Position numbers and translations under genes: made by a program. Shown piece by piece: positions 29,901 to 38,503 of a stretch of DNA of 64,000 bases. Under the pieces are notes generated by a model. It was not told the origin of the DNA. It was given only the letters and a program-made list of their open reading frames with translations, and made no database searches. How positions within the stretch are numbered: the stretch's first letter is position 1; each line of letters opens with the position of its first letter. Source of the DNA: Dehalococcoidia bacterium (lineage in GTDB: Bacteria; Chloroflexota; Dehalococcoidia; Lucifugimonadales; UBA3495); assembly GCA_965249145.1 (NCBI GenBank), contig OZ252223.1, positions 2,121,757 to 2,185,756 of the forward strand, in the 5' to 3' direction.

Positions 29901-30320
29901 TTAGGTTACGATCCGTTCGTATTCGTAATCCGGGCTGTCTCGGCGTAGGAACTCAGGCTCCTGTCCGATCACGATCCCGTCTCTGAGCGCGCTCGCGACC
30001 ACATCGTTTATGGTCCTTCGTCTCCTCGAGAATTCCTCCGTGGTGATCCATACGATACCCTCGGATACCCGGCTGCCGTATTCTTCCTCCGTGTAGGTCC
30101 GGATCTTGTTCCATACCCTGCGCACCTGCTCTTCGGAGGGCGTGGATCCCTGCACCAACATAATGTCTATGTCGGATTGGTCCTCTCGGTAGTCGCCCCG
30201 GGCGCGGGAGCCAAAGAGGATAGTGAATTCAGGACGCTCGGAATCGTGCAGTTTCTGGACAACCCGAAGGGCCCTAGGATCAGATGGTTTCATGGTCTCG
30301 TCTTCCTGATCGGATCCCAC
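29901..30320 (-). CDS. minimal nucleotidyltransferase (MNT), HEPN/MNT module
   Basis: LFGSRARGDYREDQSDIDIM is the G-S-x(n)-D-x-D polymerase-beta-type NTase motif. An alternative start lies at 30293. Confidence 0.75.
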   Translation of the reverse strand: MGSDQEDETMKPSDPRALRVVQKLHDSERPEFTILFGSRARGDYREDQSDIDIMLVQGSTPSEEQVRRVWNKIRTYTEEEYGSRVSEGIVWITTEEFSRRRRTINDVVASALRDGIVIGQEPEFLRRDSPDYEYERIVT

Positions 30321-30511
30321 GCAGTGTTTTGCGCTCTGCCCGAACGCACCAGCATGGCCAATGGTTTACTCGCTGGGAGGATCCCCGCAGTCCATCTGCA
30401 AGAAACTGCGACACACTGGGCCTCACCAGAGCAGCCCCAGACATAATAGAAATATCGATAACCGGGCACGCCAGTTGGGAGGCCAGTGTCAACGGCATCA
30501 CGCGAGTCAGA

Positions 30512-31246
30512 GTGGCCTACGGACAAGCCACAATCCCGACCCAACCCATCGAATTTGAAGAGTTTAAAGACATCGCAGAACGCACCATCATCGGTGACGT
30601 CAATATAAAAGCAATCTGGGAGATGGTCCAAGCTGCCCAGGGAAGTGGACACGGCGCCATGATAGTGATATCAAGTGCTCCAGACGCGGAAGCCGAACGC
30701 CTCAGCAACGAGGGAATGCCGATTGACGCCGACTACCTAGACCCAGAGGAAATCGTTAGGCTGAGCTCCGTAGACGGGGCAGTGATAGTTGCACCTGATG
30801 GTCGCTGTCACGCCTTTGGCGTCATCCTAGATGGGGTGGCAAACGAGAGCGGGGACCGCTCTCGGGGCTCGCGATTCAACTCCGCTGTCCGCTACCAGAA
30901 CATGGAAGAGGCACCTTCAATGGTTGTCGTCGTATCAGACGACGGAACAGTGGACGTACTGCCACGGCTCATGCCTAGAGTACGTAAAGCCGAGGTGGAG
31001 GCAGCTGTTAACGGCTTCTGCCATTACTGCGAGTCTGAATCTGTCGACAGCGAAGTCTTCGCACGGTTGCACGGGAGAGTAAAACGTCTAGAGTTTTACC
31101 TTGACGAGGAACAGTGCCGTAGGATGAGCGAGGCGTACGAGCAGGAGATGGGTCGGCGATCAGCAGGCGGTGGGCTTAAGCTAAGCGAGGGAGGCCTTAA
31201 GCCTAACCCTGAGATGAACGAGTCCTACTTCGTCTGGGACCCCTAG
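30512..31246 (+). CDS. DisA_N (diadenylate-cyclase fold)-like protein with divergent catalytic motif and C-terminal helical extension
   Basis: GHGAMIVIS, VDGAVIVAPDG (DGA motif), GSRFNSAVRY in place of GTRHRAA, and MVVVVSDDGTVDVL. The start is uncertain: GTG at 30512, and the upstream part of the ORF overlaps the MNT gene. Confidence 0.55.
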   Translation: MAYGQATIPTQPIEFEEFKDIAERTIIGDVNIKAIWEMVQAAQGSGHGAMIVISSAPDAEAERLSNEGMPIDADYLDPEEIVRLSSVDGAVIVAPDGRCHAFGVILDGVANESGDRSRGSRFNSAVRYQNMEEAPSMVVVVSDDGTVDVLPRLMPRVRKAEVEAAVNGFCHYCESESVDSEVFARLHGRVKRLEFYLDEEQCRRMSEAYEQEMGRRSAGGGLKLSEGGLKPNPEMNESYFVWDP

Positions 31247-31316
31247 AGCTTGCCCAGAGCGCTAGGAGCGTCACGATGGGCGTCTTCATCCGCCGTATTA
31301 GGAGATCCATTCGTAG

Positions 31317-31934
31317 TTAAGGCACCGATGCCAGGCGACCCGCCGGGTCTGGCACCAACTCCAAGTAAATCAACGTCGTGGTGATCGACTTGTGGCCCAA
31401 CCACCGCGACAAATAGTTGATGGGAACACCGTGTAACAGCAGGTGCCGGGCGTAGGAATGCCGGAAAGTGTGAGTCCCGATTTGCCGGCCGGCGGGCAGG
31501 GCGCCCAGCTCCACGGCCCGGTCAACAGCTGACTGGACCCACCGCCAGGCGCGGATAATGCCGCCCTTCGATATGTCGGCGAACTGCAGCACGGCGACCA
31601 AGGCGTTTTGCAGCTCGGGGTGGACCGGCACGATCCGGCTACGCCCGCCCTTGCCCGACCGGACCTTGATGGTTGGTTGGTCCGAGTCGAGCGACAGGTC
31701 AGCGGCTTGCAGAGCCAGGGCCTCGGAGACCCTTAGTCCAGCTCGCCACTGAAGCAGCATGAGCAGGCGGGCCCGCGGGTTAGGGGAGGCTGCCAGGACC
31801 GCCTGGACTTCCCGGGCTTCGAGGTACTCCGGCAGAGTGGAACCTTTCTCTCCGGGAAATTGTTGCACCGGGGACTTGCGGGGGTGCTGGCCCCGGGGTC
31901 GGCGCGCGATTGCGGTGTTGGGGTTCGCCGGCAT
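31317..31934 (-). CDS. short tyrosine recombinase (catalytic domain only, 205 aa)
   Basis: WRAGLRVSEALAL (Arg I), HTFRHSYARHLL (H-x-x-R), LGHKSITTTLIYLE (His/Tyr). There is no N-terminal arm- or core-binding domain. Confidence 0.85.
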   Translation of the reverse strand: MPANPNTAIARRPRGQHPRKSPVQQFPGEKGSTLPEYLEAREVQAVLAASPNPRARLLMLLQWRAGLRVSEALALQAADLSLDSDQPTIKVRSGKGGRSRIVPVHPELQNALVAVLQFADISKGGIIRAWRWVQSAVDRAVELGALPAGRQIGTHTFRHSYARHLLLHGVPINYLSRWLGHKSITTTLIYLELVPDPAGRLASVP

Positions 31935-32108
31935 AGGTGCAACAATAGGACTGATTTTGTTGCACGGTCAACCGGCCAACGTCAGTAACACCGGTGAAGC
32001 CTACCGCGCTGGTGGACCGGCGACCGCCCCAGTTCTAACAGTATCCAGATTCTTGGCAGAGGCCAGTTAGGCGCTACCTGCCGGACGTGGCCTTGGCCTC
32101 CTGACTCC
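31871..32108. repeat. module A: integrase 5' codons, palindromic site and about 145-bp upstream arm
   Basis: Near-identical to 35468-35709 and partly to 34027-34167. Confidence 0.8.
31939..31963. promoter_or_regulatory. 9-7-9 inverted repeat GCAACAATA-GGACTGA-TTTTGTTGC embedded in a putative leaderless integrase promoter
   Basis: It sits 4 nt from the integrase ATG. On the minus strand, TTGACC-N18-TATTGT-N7-ATG is conserved in all three module copies. Confidence 0.5.
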
Positions 32109-32289
32109 TCGGTCCCGTGCTCGGCGTCGGCCGGTGGCCGGCTGGTGCCTCTTCAACTCGCCTGCCGCCAGGAGCAACATTCCCGGCGATGTGCAAGATG
32201 CCAGATCCTCGCCGCCAAAGAGACACCGTTGGTACCGACAGGTCGAAGGCTTCCGCCAAGGCTGCGTCTGACCAGCCCAACCCATGGAG

Positions 32290-32450
32290 AAACCCGCTGG
32301 GACATGCTGAACGCGGTGACCGAATTCGTTGACCACCGCCGCGGAGGCCAAGGGTCGGTTGAGCCGGGCGTACAGGCCAAGCGGCTGCACAGCGCTTGGT
32401 TCGGGGCCGGCGCGCAACTAAAGCAAAGGACCTGGGACACATTGGCGCGG
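32290..32450 (+). pseudogene. C-terminal fragment of a DUF932-type (phage/plasmid-like) protein
   Basis: WDMLNAVTEFVDHRRGG...AKRLHSAWFGAGAQLKQRTWDTLA resembles the conserved DUF932 C-terminus. No N-terminal part is present. Confidence 0.35.
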
Positions 32451-32585
32451 CGTCAGACCTCCTTACCGATCCCGCTATGCAGTACGGGCGGTCGAAAAGG
32501 TGCAGCCGACTTGCCCAAGTGTGCGCCCTACTTCACAATGGTGGACACCCAGCCCTGGATTGAAGTTGGGGAGGGGGTGACCTAA

Positions 32586-33806
32586 ATGTCCCACATGGCA
32601 ACATGGCTGACTCCCTTACGTCTTTGCGTACTTGTGCTGATTCTTCTGGCGCTGCTGGCCGCCTGTGGTTCGGATGCGCCGCCGGACACGCCCTCGCCAA
32701 CATCCAGGCCAGCAATTACAAACACATCGCCCGAAACGGACCGGGAAGCGCTGGTCGCGCTATACAGTGCCACGGCCGGCCCAAACTGGCGTCGTAACGT
32801 CAACTGGTTGAGCGAAGAGCCTATCGGCGAATGGTTAGGCGTGACCACCGACGACAATGGCCGGGTGACAGGCCTGGACCTCAGCGAACAAGGTTTGAGC
32901 GGGGAGATACCGGCGGAGTTGGGCAACCTGGCCAGCCTGAGATCGCTGGACCTCTACAGTAACCAGCTGAGTGGGGAGATACCGCCGGAGTTGGGCAACC
33001 TCGCCAGCCTGGAAGTGCTGAGCCTCTACGACAACCAGCTGAGCGGGGAGATACCGCCGGAGTTGACCAAACTCTCCAGCCTGACAGTGCTGAACCTCGC
33101 CGCAAACCAGCTGAGCGGGGAGATACCGGCGGAGTTGACCAAACTCTCCAACCTGACAGTGCTGAATCTCCCCGCAAACCAGCTGAGCGGGGAGATACCG
33201 GCGGAGTTGGTCACACTCTCCAACCTAATAGTGCTCAGCCTCGTCTATAACCAGCTGAGCGGGGAGATACCGCCGGAGTTGGCCAACCTGGCCAGCCTCG
33301 AAAAGCTGTGGCTCCGTGGCAACCAGTTGAGCGGGGAGATACCGCCGGAGTTGGCCAACCTGGCCAGCCTCGAAAAGCTGTGGCTCCGTGGCAACCAGTT
33401 GAGCGGGGAAATACCGCCGGAGTTGGGCAAACTCGCCAGCCTGGAATCGCTGTATCTCGGGCTCAACCAGTTGAGCGGGGAGATACCGCCGGAGTTGGGC
33501 AACCTCGCCAGCTTGGGATTCCTGGGCCTCAGGGGCAACCAGCTGAGCGGGGAGATACCGCCGGAGTTGGGCAACCTGGCCAGCGTGGAGTTGCTGTATC
33601 TCGCCGGAAACCAGCTGAGCGGAGCGATACCGCCGGAGTTGGGCAACCTGGCCAGCCTGAAAGGACTCGGCCTCACCGGAAACCAGCTGAGCGGGTGCGT
33701 ACCAGGCAGCTTGCAACGCCGATTGTTTATGAGTACTCCGACTTGGGCGGCCTGCCGTTTTGCTGAGGGCCTGCCTCATTATTCGGCAGCAATCGCAGGA
33801 CGGTAA
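32586..33806 (+). CDS. leucine-rich-repeat lipoprotein (plant-type LRR, about 13 repeats)
   Basis: Lipobox LLAACGS, LRRNT-like REALVALYSATAGPNWRRNVNWLS...W.GVT, then 24-residue LxxLxLxxNQLSGEIPPELGNLAS repeats. The last about 15 codons appear frameshifted; the expected end ...YEYSDLGGLPFC* is at 33766. Confidence 0.8.
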   Translation: MSHMATWLTPLRLCVLVLILLALLAACGSDAPPDTPSPTSRPAITNTSPETDREALVALYSATAGPNWRRNVNWLSEEPIGEWLGVTTDDNGRVTGLDLSEQGLSGEIPAELGNLASLRSLDLYSNQLSGEIPPELGNLASLEVLSLYDNQLSGEIPPELTKLSSLTVLNLAANQLSGEIPAELTKLSNLTVLNLPANQLSGEIPAELVTLSNLIVLSLVYNQLSGEIPPELANLASLEKLWLRGNQLSGEIPPELANLASLEKLWLRGNQLSGEIPPELGKLASLESLYLGLNQLSGEIPPELGNLASLGFLGLRGNQLSGEIPPELGNLASVELLYLAGNQLSGAIPPELGNLASLKGLGLTGNQLSGCVPGSLQRRLFMSTPTWAACRFAEGLPHYSAAIAGR

Positions 33807-34026
33807 ACGGAGTGATTTCGCGTTCTCCACGTGCCCCGTAATTGGGGCCACCCTACGGCATATCTACGACCCCCATTGCCTCCGAAGCGGAGTTGATGTG
33901 GTAAACCAGCCGGCGGTGCTGGCGGGCAAGCCGGGTATTGTTCCGCATCGGCCTGGCGTCGGCAAATCCCGGGTCTGTCAACAGCATCAGCTACCGCCAC
34001 CTCGGCTCCCATTACGGAAGATTCCT

Positions 34027-34167
34027 CGCGGGGGTGCTGGCCCCGGGGTCGGCGCGTGATTGCGGTGCAGGCGGTGGTCGTCATTGACGCAACAAAATCC
34101 TTCCTTTTGTTGCACGGTCAACCGGCCAACGTCAGTACCACCGGCGAAGCCTATCGCGCTGGTGGAC
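34027..34167. repeat. module B: integrase-start remnant, palindrome GCAACAAAA-TCCTTCC-TTTTGTTGC and first about 55 bp of the arm
   Basis: Remnant ORF start MTTTACTAITRRPRGQHPRE compares with MPANPNTAIARRPRGQHPRK of the intact integrase. Homology to modules A and C ends at ...gctggtggacc. Confidence 0.75.
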
Positions 34168-34477
34168 CTTCCCCGGTGGATAGTTCAGCTCGATTAGGTA
34201 TGGGCCAACTTCCGAACAGCACTCAGCATTTATTACGCACTTCTCACATTCTTGGCGTGGGGGATTGTTGATTGTTGCCTTCCTGGGGTTCCCCTGCTCC
34301 CCAACGCGATGAAGCAGTCGACAATTAGTGTACGCTATAGCAGCCACTGTACCTTGCCGGGGGTTCCTTGCCTGTCCTTCGGTGATTTGGAACGGCCTCT
34401 GGCCGCAGTACCTCCACCTTGACAAAGGGTATATGTCTCACTAGTTTTAGTTTACGCATCACTGAAAGGGGCGCGTT

Positions 34478-34729
34478 TTGTTTAGGTTACTCAAATGGGG
34501 CCGGAATCCGGATAAAGACGAGGCGCTAGATAGACCAGAAATTCATGTCAGGCCTAACGGTACGATATACGTCAAACCTGGCGAACTTCTTCGAAGCAAA
34601 AGAGGGAAAGCCGTAGTCGATAGGATGCTGAAAGCAGACCTTACGAAACTCAAGAAGAGAGCAAACAGGAAAAGAATGGCCCTTCGGAGACGGAACCTCC
34701 GCCGGCGGACTGAGAGAACCGATAATTGA
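34478..34729 (+). CDS. small protein with a highly basic tail, function unknown
   Basis: 83 aa with C-terminal KKRANRKRMALRRRNLRRRTERTDN. TTG start, stop overlapping the next start, and visibly lower GC than the surroundings. Confidence 0.4.
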   Translation: MFRLLKWGRNPDKDEALDRPEIHVRPNGTIYVKPGELLRSKRGKAVVDRMLKADLTKLKKRANRKRMALRRRNLRRRTERTDN

Positions 34730-35409
34730 CCATTGGTCTGCTTCTGCTGCCCGCCGTGGGTGGCTATTGGTTTCTTACTCACTGGAATTTCACCCGGTAC
34801 CGTGCAGCGCGACAATCCGGCTATCACCTTCTTTTCCGATCCGCCCTGTTTGGCATCGTTCTCTACTGCGCCGCCCGCTTCATCACGCTGGCCATTGACG
34901 TCCGCTACCCGTCGGCAACCGGGTTTTGGGACGATCATTTCCCTGAGCCGTTCACCAGCGAAGTGGTGGTGAGCCTCGTCTTGGCCGTTCTGATACCCCC
35001 AGTGTTCAACTTGTTTTACTCCAAAGATAGAGGTGCTGAGAAAGTGGCGGAAGATTCAGGTGATCACATCGAACTACTCATTGCCGACTCTATCAGAAAC
35101 CCAATGCCCATTGAGGTAACTCTCCGTAATAGGAAATCTTATATCGGACTGGCTCTGAACAGCGGAATAGGCAGCACTACTGAAGCCGACATAGAGCTGG
35201 TCCCGATGTATAGCGGCTACCGCGACAAAGAAACCCTTGACCTGGAAATAACCTTGGACTATGTCCCTGTGGTTTCAGATTACCTGGAAGACCCGGCGTG
35301 GTTAGAGGAAGATTTCAGGGTCGTGATCCCGCTGTCTGAAATCGTGTCAGTTCGACTTTTCGACGAAGAAGCTTACGACGAATTTCAGGGGTGGCGCGAC
35401 ATACCATAA
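34726..35409 (+). CDS. membrane protein (3-4 TM) with C-terminal soluble domain, function unknown
   Basis: 227 aa with hydrophobic N-terminal half. Translationally coupled to the preceding ORF. Lower-GC cassette. Confidence 0.5.
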   Translation: MTIGLLLLPAVGGYWFLTHWNFTRYRAARQSGYHLLFRSALFGIVLYCAARFITLAIDVRYPSATGFWDDHFPEPFTSEVVVSLVLAVLIPPVFNLFYSKDRGAEKVAEDSGDHIELLIADSIRNPMPIEVTLRNRKSYIGLALNSGIGSTTEADIELVPMYSGYRDKETLDLEITLDYVPVVSDYLEDPAWLEEDFRVVIPLSEIVSVRLFDEEAYDEFQGWRDIP

Positions 35410-35467
35410 CCCAAGCAATAGGTCGGCTAATGTCGGAACCCTCCGGCGGACCAGGAGCCACCCTCCG

Positions 35468-35709
35468 AACCCCGGGGCCTTGCGGGAGTGCTAGCCCAGG
35501 GGACGACGGGTGATTGAAGTCCTAGCAGTGGTGGTCATTGGTGCAACAATATGCTCGATTTTGTTGCACGGTCAACCGGACAGCGTCAGTACCACCGGCG
35601 AAGCCTACCGCGCTGGTGGACCGGCGACCGCCCCAGCTCTGACAGTATCCAGATTCTTAGCGGTGGCCAGTTAGGCGCTACAGGCCGCCGGCCGAGGCCT
35701 CCTGACCCC
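35468..35709. repeat. module C: decayed integrase start (contains a stop), palindrome GCAACAATA-TGCTCGA-TTTTGTTGC and full upstream arm
   Basis: Aligns with module A over about 240 bp. Confidence 0.8.
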
Positions 35710-35742
35710 TCTATCCGGGCTTGACGCCGGCCGGGCAGGCCG

Positions 35743-36325
35743 TCAGCAAAACGGCAGGCCGCCCAGGTCGGAGTACTCCATATCCAATTGGCCCTGCAAG
35801 CTGCCTGGTACGCACCCGCTCAGCTGGTTGCCGTTGAGGCGCAGCCGGGTTAAGCGGGCGAGGTTGCCCAACTCCGGCGGGTATCCACCCGCTCAGCTGG
35901 TTGTTTTGGAGCCACAGACCCTGCAGGTTGGCCAGGTTGCCCAACGCCGGCGGTGTATCCCAGGTCAGCTCGTTCGAGGAGAGGTCCAGCACTCGCAGGT
36001 TGGCCAAGTTGCCCAACGCCGGCGGTATTTCCCCGCTCAACTGGTTATCGTTGAGGACCAGTTGTGTAACGAGGCCGGCGACGTTAGTGTCGACTCCACG
36101 CCAAAGGAACATTGGTGCGTCGCTCAGCCAGTTTTCGTTATGCATCCAAGTGGGGCCGTCCGTGGCGTTGTAGAGGGCGACCAACGCTTCCCGGTCCGTT
36201 TCGGGTGATGTGTTTACAAGGGCTGAACTGGCGGGTGTGTCCGAACCGCAGGCGGCGAGCAGAGGCAGAAGAAACAGCACAAGGCCGTAAAGATGTAAGG
36301 GAGCCAGCCGTGTGGGCGTCACCAT
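35743..36325 (-). pseudogene. LRR lipoprotein with a 1-nt frameshift near the 3' end
   Basis: Lipobox LLAACGS, REALVALYNATDGPTWMHNENWLS, then LRRs. Frame is lost at the run near 35879-35881. The corrected reading ends ...GNQLSGCVPGSLQGQLDMEYSDLGGLPFC* at 35743. Confidence 0.65.
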
Positions 36326-36531
36326 GGGAGTGTCGGCACGTATACCGCAACTATGACAAGTCGCCCATGCCAAAGTTGCAAGGTGACCTTCTTGAGGAGC
36401 CACCACAAAGCACCGGGCGCAGAGTTCAGCAAAGGCTACCCATCACCCTATACGTTGTCCATTGTGATAACGGCCGCTGCCGTATCAGCTTTGGTTGTGA
36501 TACTAGGGGTTGCCGCGACTCCCGCTCAACG

Positions 36532-38385
36532 TCATTCGCCGTGCCACGGTGGCAAGACAATTTCGCCCCCTCCCCAGCAGATGACGGTGCCGTCGGTTCT
36601 GACCCCGCAGGTGTAGTTGCTCCCGGCGCTGACAGAGACGAACTCCCCGCCTGGTGGCGTGGCCTCACCATTGAAATCATTGCCCCAGCAGGCAATGGAG
36701 CCGTCGGTTCTCACTCCGCAGGTATGGTTGTTACCGGCGCTGACGGAGACGAACTGCGATGCGGGCGGCGTGGCCTGGCCTTCTTCATTATTGCCCCAGC
36801 AGGAGATGGAGCCGTCGGTTCTCACTCCGCAGGTGTGGTAGGATCCGGCGCCGAGGGAGACGAAATCCCCTTGAGGCGGCGCGGCTTGGCCGTATTGATC
36901 AAGACCCCAGCAGGAGACGGAGCCGTCGGTTCTAACACCGCAATTGTGGTCGTAACCGGCGCTGAGGGCGGCGAATTGCCCCCGGGGCGGAGTGGATTGG
37001 CCGCGGTGGTCATAGCCCCAGCAGGAGACGGAGCCGTCGGTCCTCACCCCGCAAGTGTGGGACAGACCAGAGCTGACGGAGCCGAATCCCCCTGGGGGCG
37101 GCGAGTTTCGTCCTTTGCGATCATCCCCCCAGCAGTCAATTGAGCCGTCGGTTCTCACTCCGCAGGTGTGGTTGTACCCGGCGCTGACAGAGGCGAACTC
37201 CCCTTGGGGCGGCGTGGCCTGGCCGTGGCTATTATTGCCCCAGCAGGCGGCTAACCCGTCGGCCCTCGTCCCGCACGCGTGCCAGGACCCGGCGCTAACG
37301 GAGGCGAATTCCCCGGTGAACGGCGAGGCCCTGAGGTAGGATTCATTGCCCCAGCAGGAGACGGAGCCGTCGGTTCTCACTCCGCAGGTGTGGTAGTACC
37401 CGGCGCTGACGGAAGCGAATTCTCCCTGAGGTGGGGTGGCTTGGCCGGAATCATTATTGCCCCAGCAGGAGACGGAGCCGTCGGTTTTCACTCCACAGGC
37501 GTGGCTCCCGCCAGCGCTGACGGAGGCGAAATTGCCGGTTGTTGGCGTGGAACGGACAACGATACGACTTCCCCAGCAGGAGATGTAGCCACCGTGCCTC
37601 ACCCCGCAGCTGTGCCAGTTCCCGGCGCTGACGGAGACGAACTGCGATGCGGGCGGCGTGGCTTGGCCGGAATCATTATTGCCCCAGCAGGAGACGGAGC
37701 CGTCGGTCCTCACCCCGCAGGTGTGGAAGTACCCGGAGCTGACCGAGGCGAAGTCCCCCTGGGGTGCCGCGGCCTGGCCTTCTTCATCATTGCTCCAGCA
37801 GGAGACGGAGCCGTCGGTCCTCACCCCGCAGGTGTGGAAGCCCCCGGCGCTGACGGAGGCGAATGCCCGGGTTGGCGGCGTGACCAGGCCATGAGAATTA
37901 TCACCCCAGCAGGCGACCGAGCCGTCGGTTCTCACCCCACAGGAGTGGCTCCCGCCAGTGCTGACGGAGGCGAATTGCCATTGGGGCGGCGTGGCCAGGC
38001 CATGAGAATTATCACCCCAGCACACGACGGAGCCGTCGGTTCTCACGCCGCAAGAGTGGTGTAACCCGGCGCTGACGGAGGCGAACCTGACCTCCCCATT
38101 TTCGACATCACTGCCTCCGCCCACCTCGGGGTTGGCGTCGCCCGCTTCTTCAGTGTCGTCCGGTTGGGCGGTAGGCTCAGGAGTTGACGTGGAGGTAGAT
38201 GTCTGCGTCGGTGAAGGTACCGGGGTGTTCGTCGGACTCGTTGTTGCCAGTGACTCAGGTGTGAATCCGGGCCTCGGAGTCGCCGTGGGAAGCGGGGTCG
38301 GCGTAGGAGTGACGGCGGGTTCGGCCTCACAGGCAATTGCGAGCAGGAGTGCGAGGCCCAGTGCAATGGCCGTCGCCAGCTTCAT
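36532..38385 (-). CDS. RCC1-repeat lipoprotein (about 22 repeats)
   Basis: Lipobox LLAIAC and a Pro/Thr-rich linker, followed by repeated F.SVSAG..HTCGVRTDGSV.CWG.N..GQATPP units. Confidence 0.85.
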   Translation of the reverse strand: MKLATAIALGLALLLAIACEAEPAVTPTPTPLPTATPRPGFTPESLATTSPTNTPVPSPTQTSTSTSTPEPTAQPDDTEEAGDANPEVGGGSDVENGEVRFASVSAGLHHSCGVRTDGSVVCWGDNSHGLATPPQWQFASVSTGGSHSCGVRTDGSVACWGDNSHGLVTPPTRAFASVSAGGFHTCGVRTDGSVSCWSNDEEGQAAAPQGDFASVSSGYFHTCGVRTDGSVSCWGNNDSGQATPPASQFVSVSAGNWHSCGVRHGGYISCWGSRIVVRSTPTTGNFASVSAGGSHACGVKTDGSVSCWGNNDSGQATPPQGEFASVSAGYYHTCGVRTDGSVSCWGNESYLRASPFTGEFASVSAGSWHACGTRADGLAACWGNNSHGQATPPQGEFASVSAGYNHTCGVRTDGSIDCWGDDRKGRNSPPPGGFGSVSSGLSHTCGVRTDGSVSCWGYDHRGQSTPPRGQFAALSAGYDHNCGVRTDGSVSCWGLDQYGQAAPPQGDFVSLGAGSYHTCGVRTDGSISCWGNNEEGQATPPASQFVSVSAGNNHTCGVRTDGSIACWGNDFNGEATPPGGEFVSVSAGSNYTCGVRTDGTVICWGGGEIVLPPWHGE

Positions 38386-38503
38386 AGGTCAGGAGCCATG
38401 ATGGGGCACTATAGTGGTGGGCAGCGCGGCAGTCAACGGGGAAGCAGGTTAAGCATCCCCATTCCGTTGGACGCGGCGCCAGCGGCGCCTGAGAACGGCG
38501 TTC

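Noticed and set aside
31939-35567. Integron (intI/attI/attC) interpretation of the recombinase plus repeated-site array
   Set aside because: The recombinase is only 205 aa and lacks the IntI-specific insertion. The repeated units include integrase coding sequence and a promoter. They show no attC-like R''-L''/L'-R' bipartite palindromes or GTTRRRY cores.
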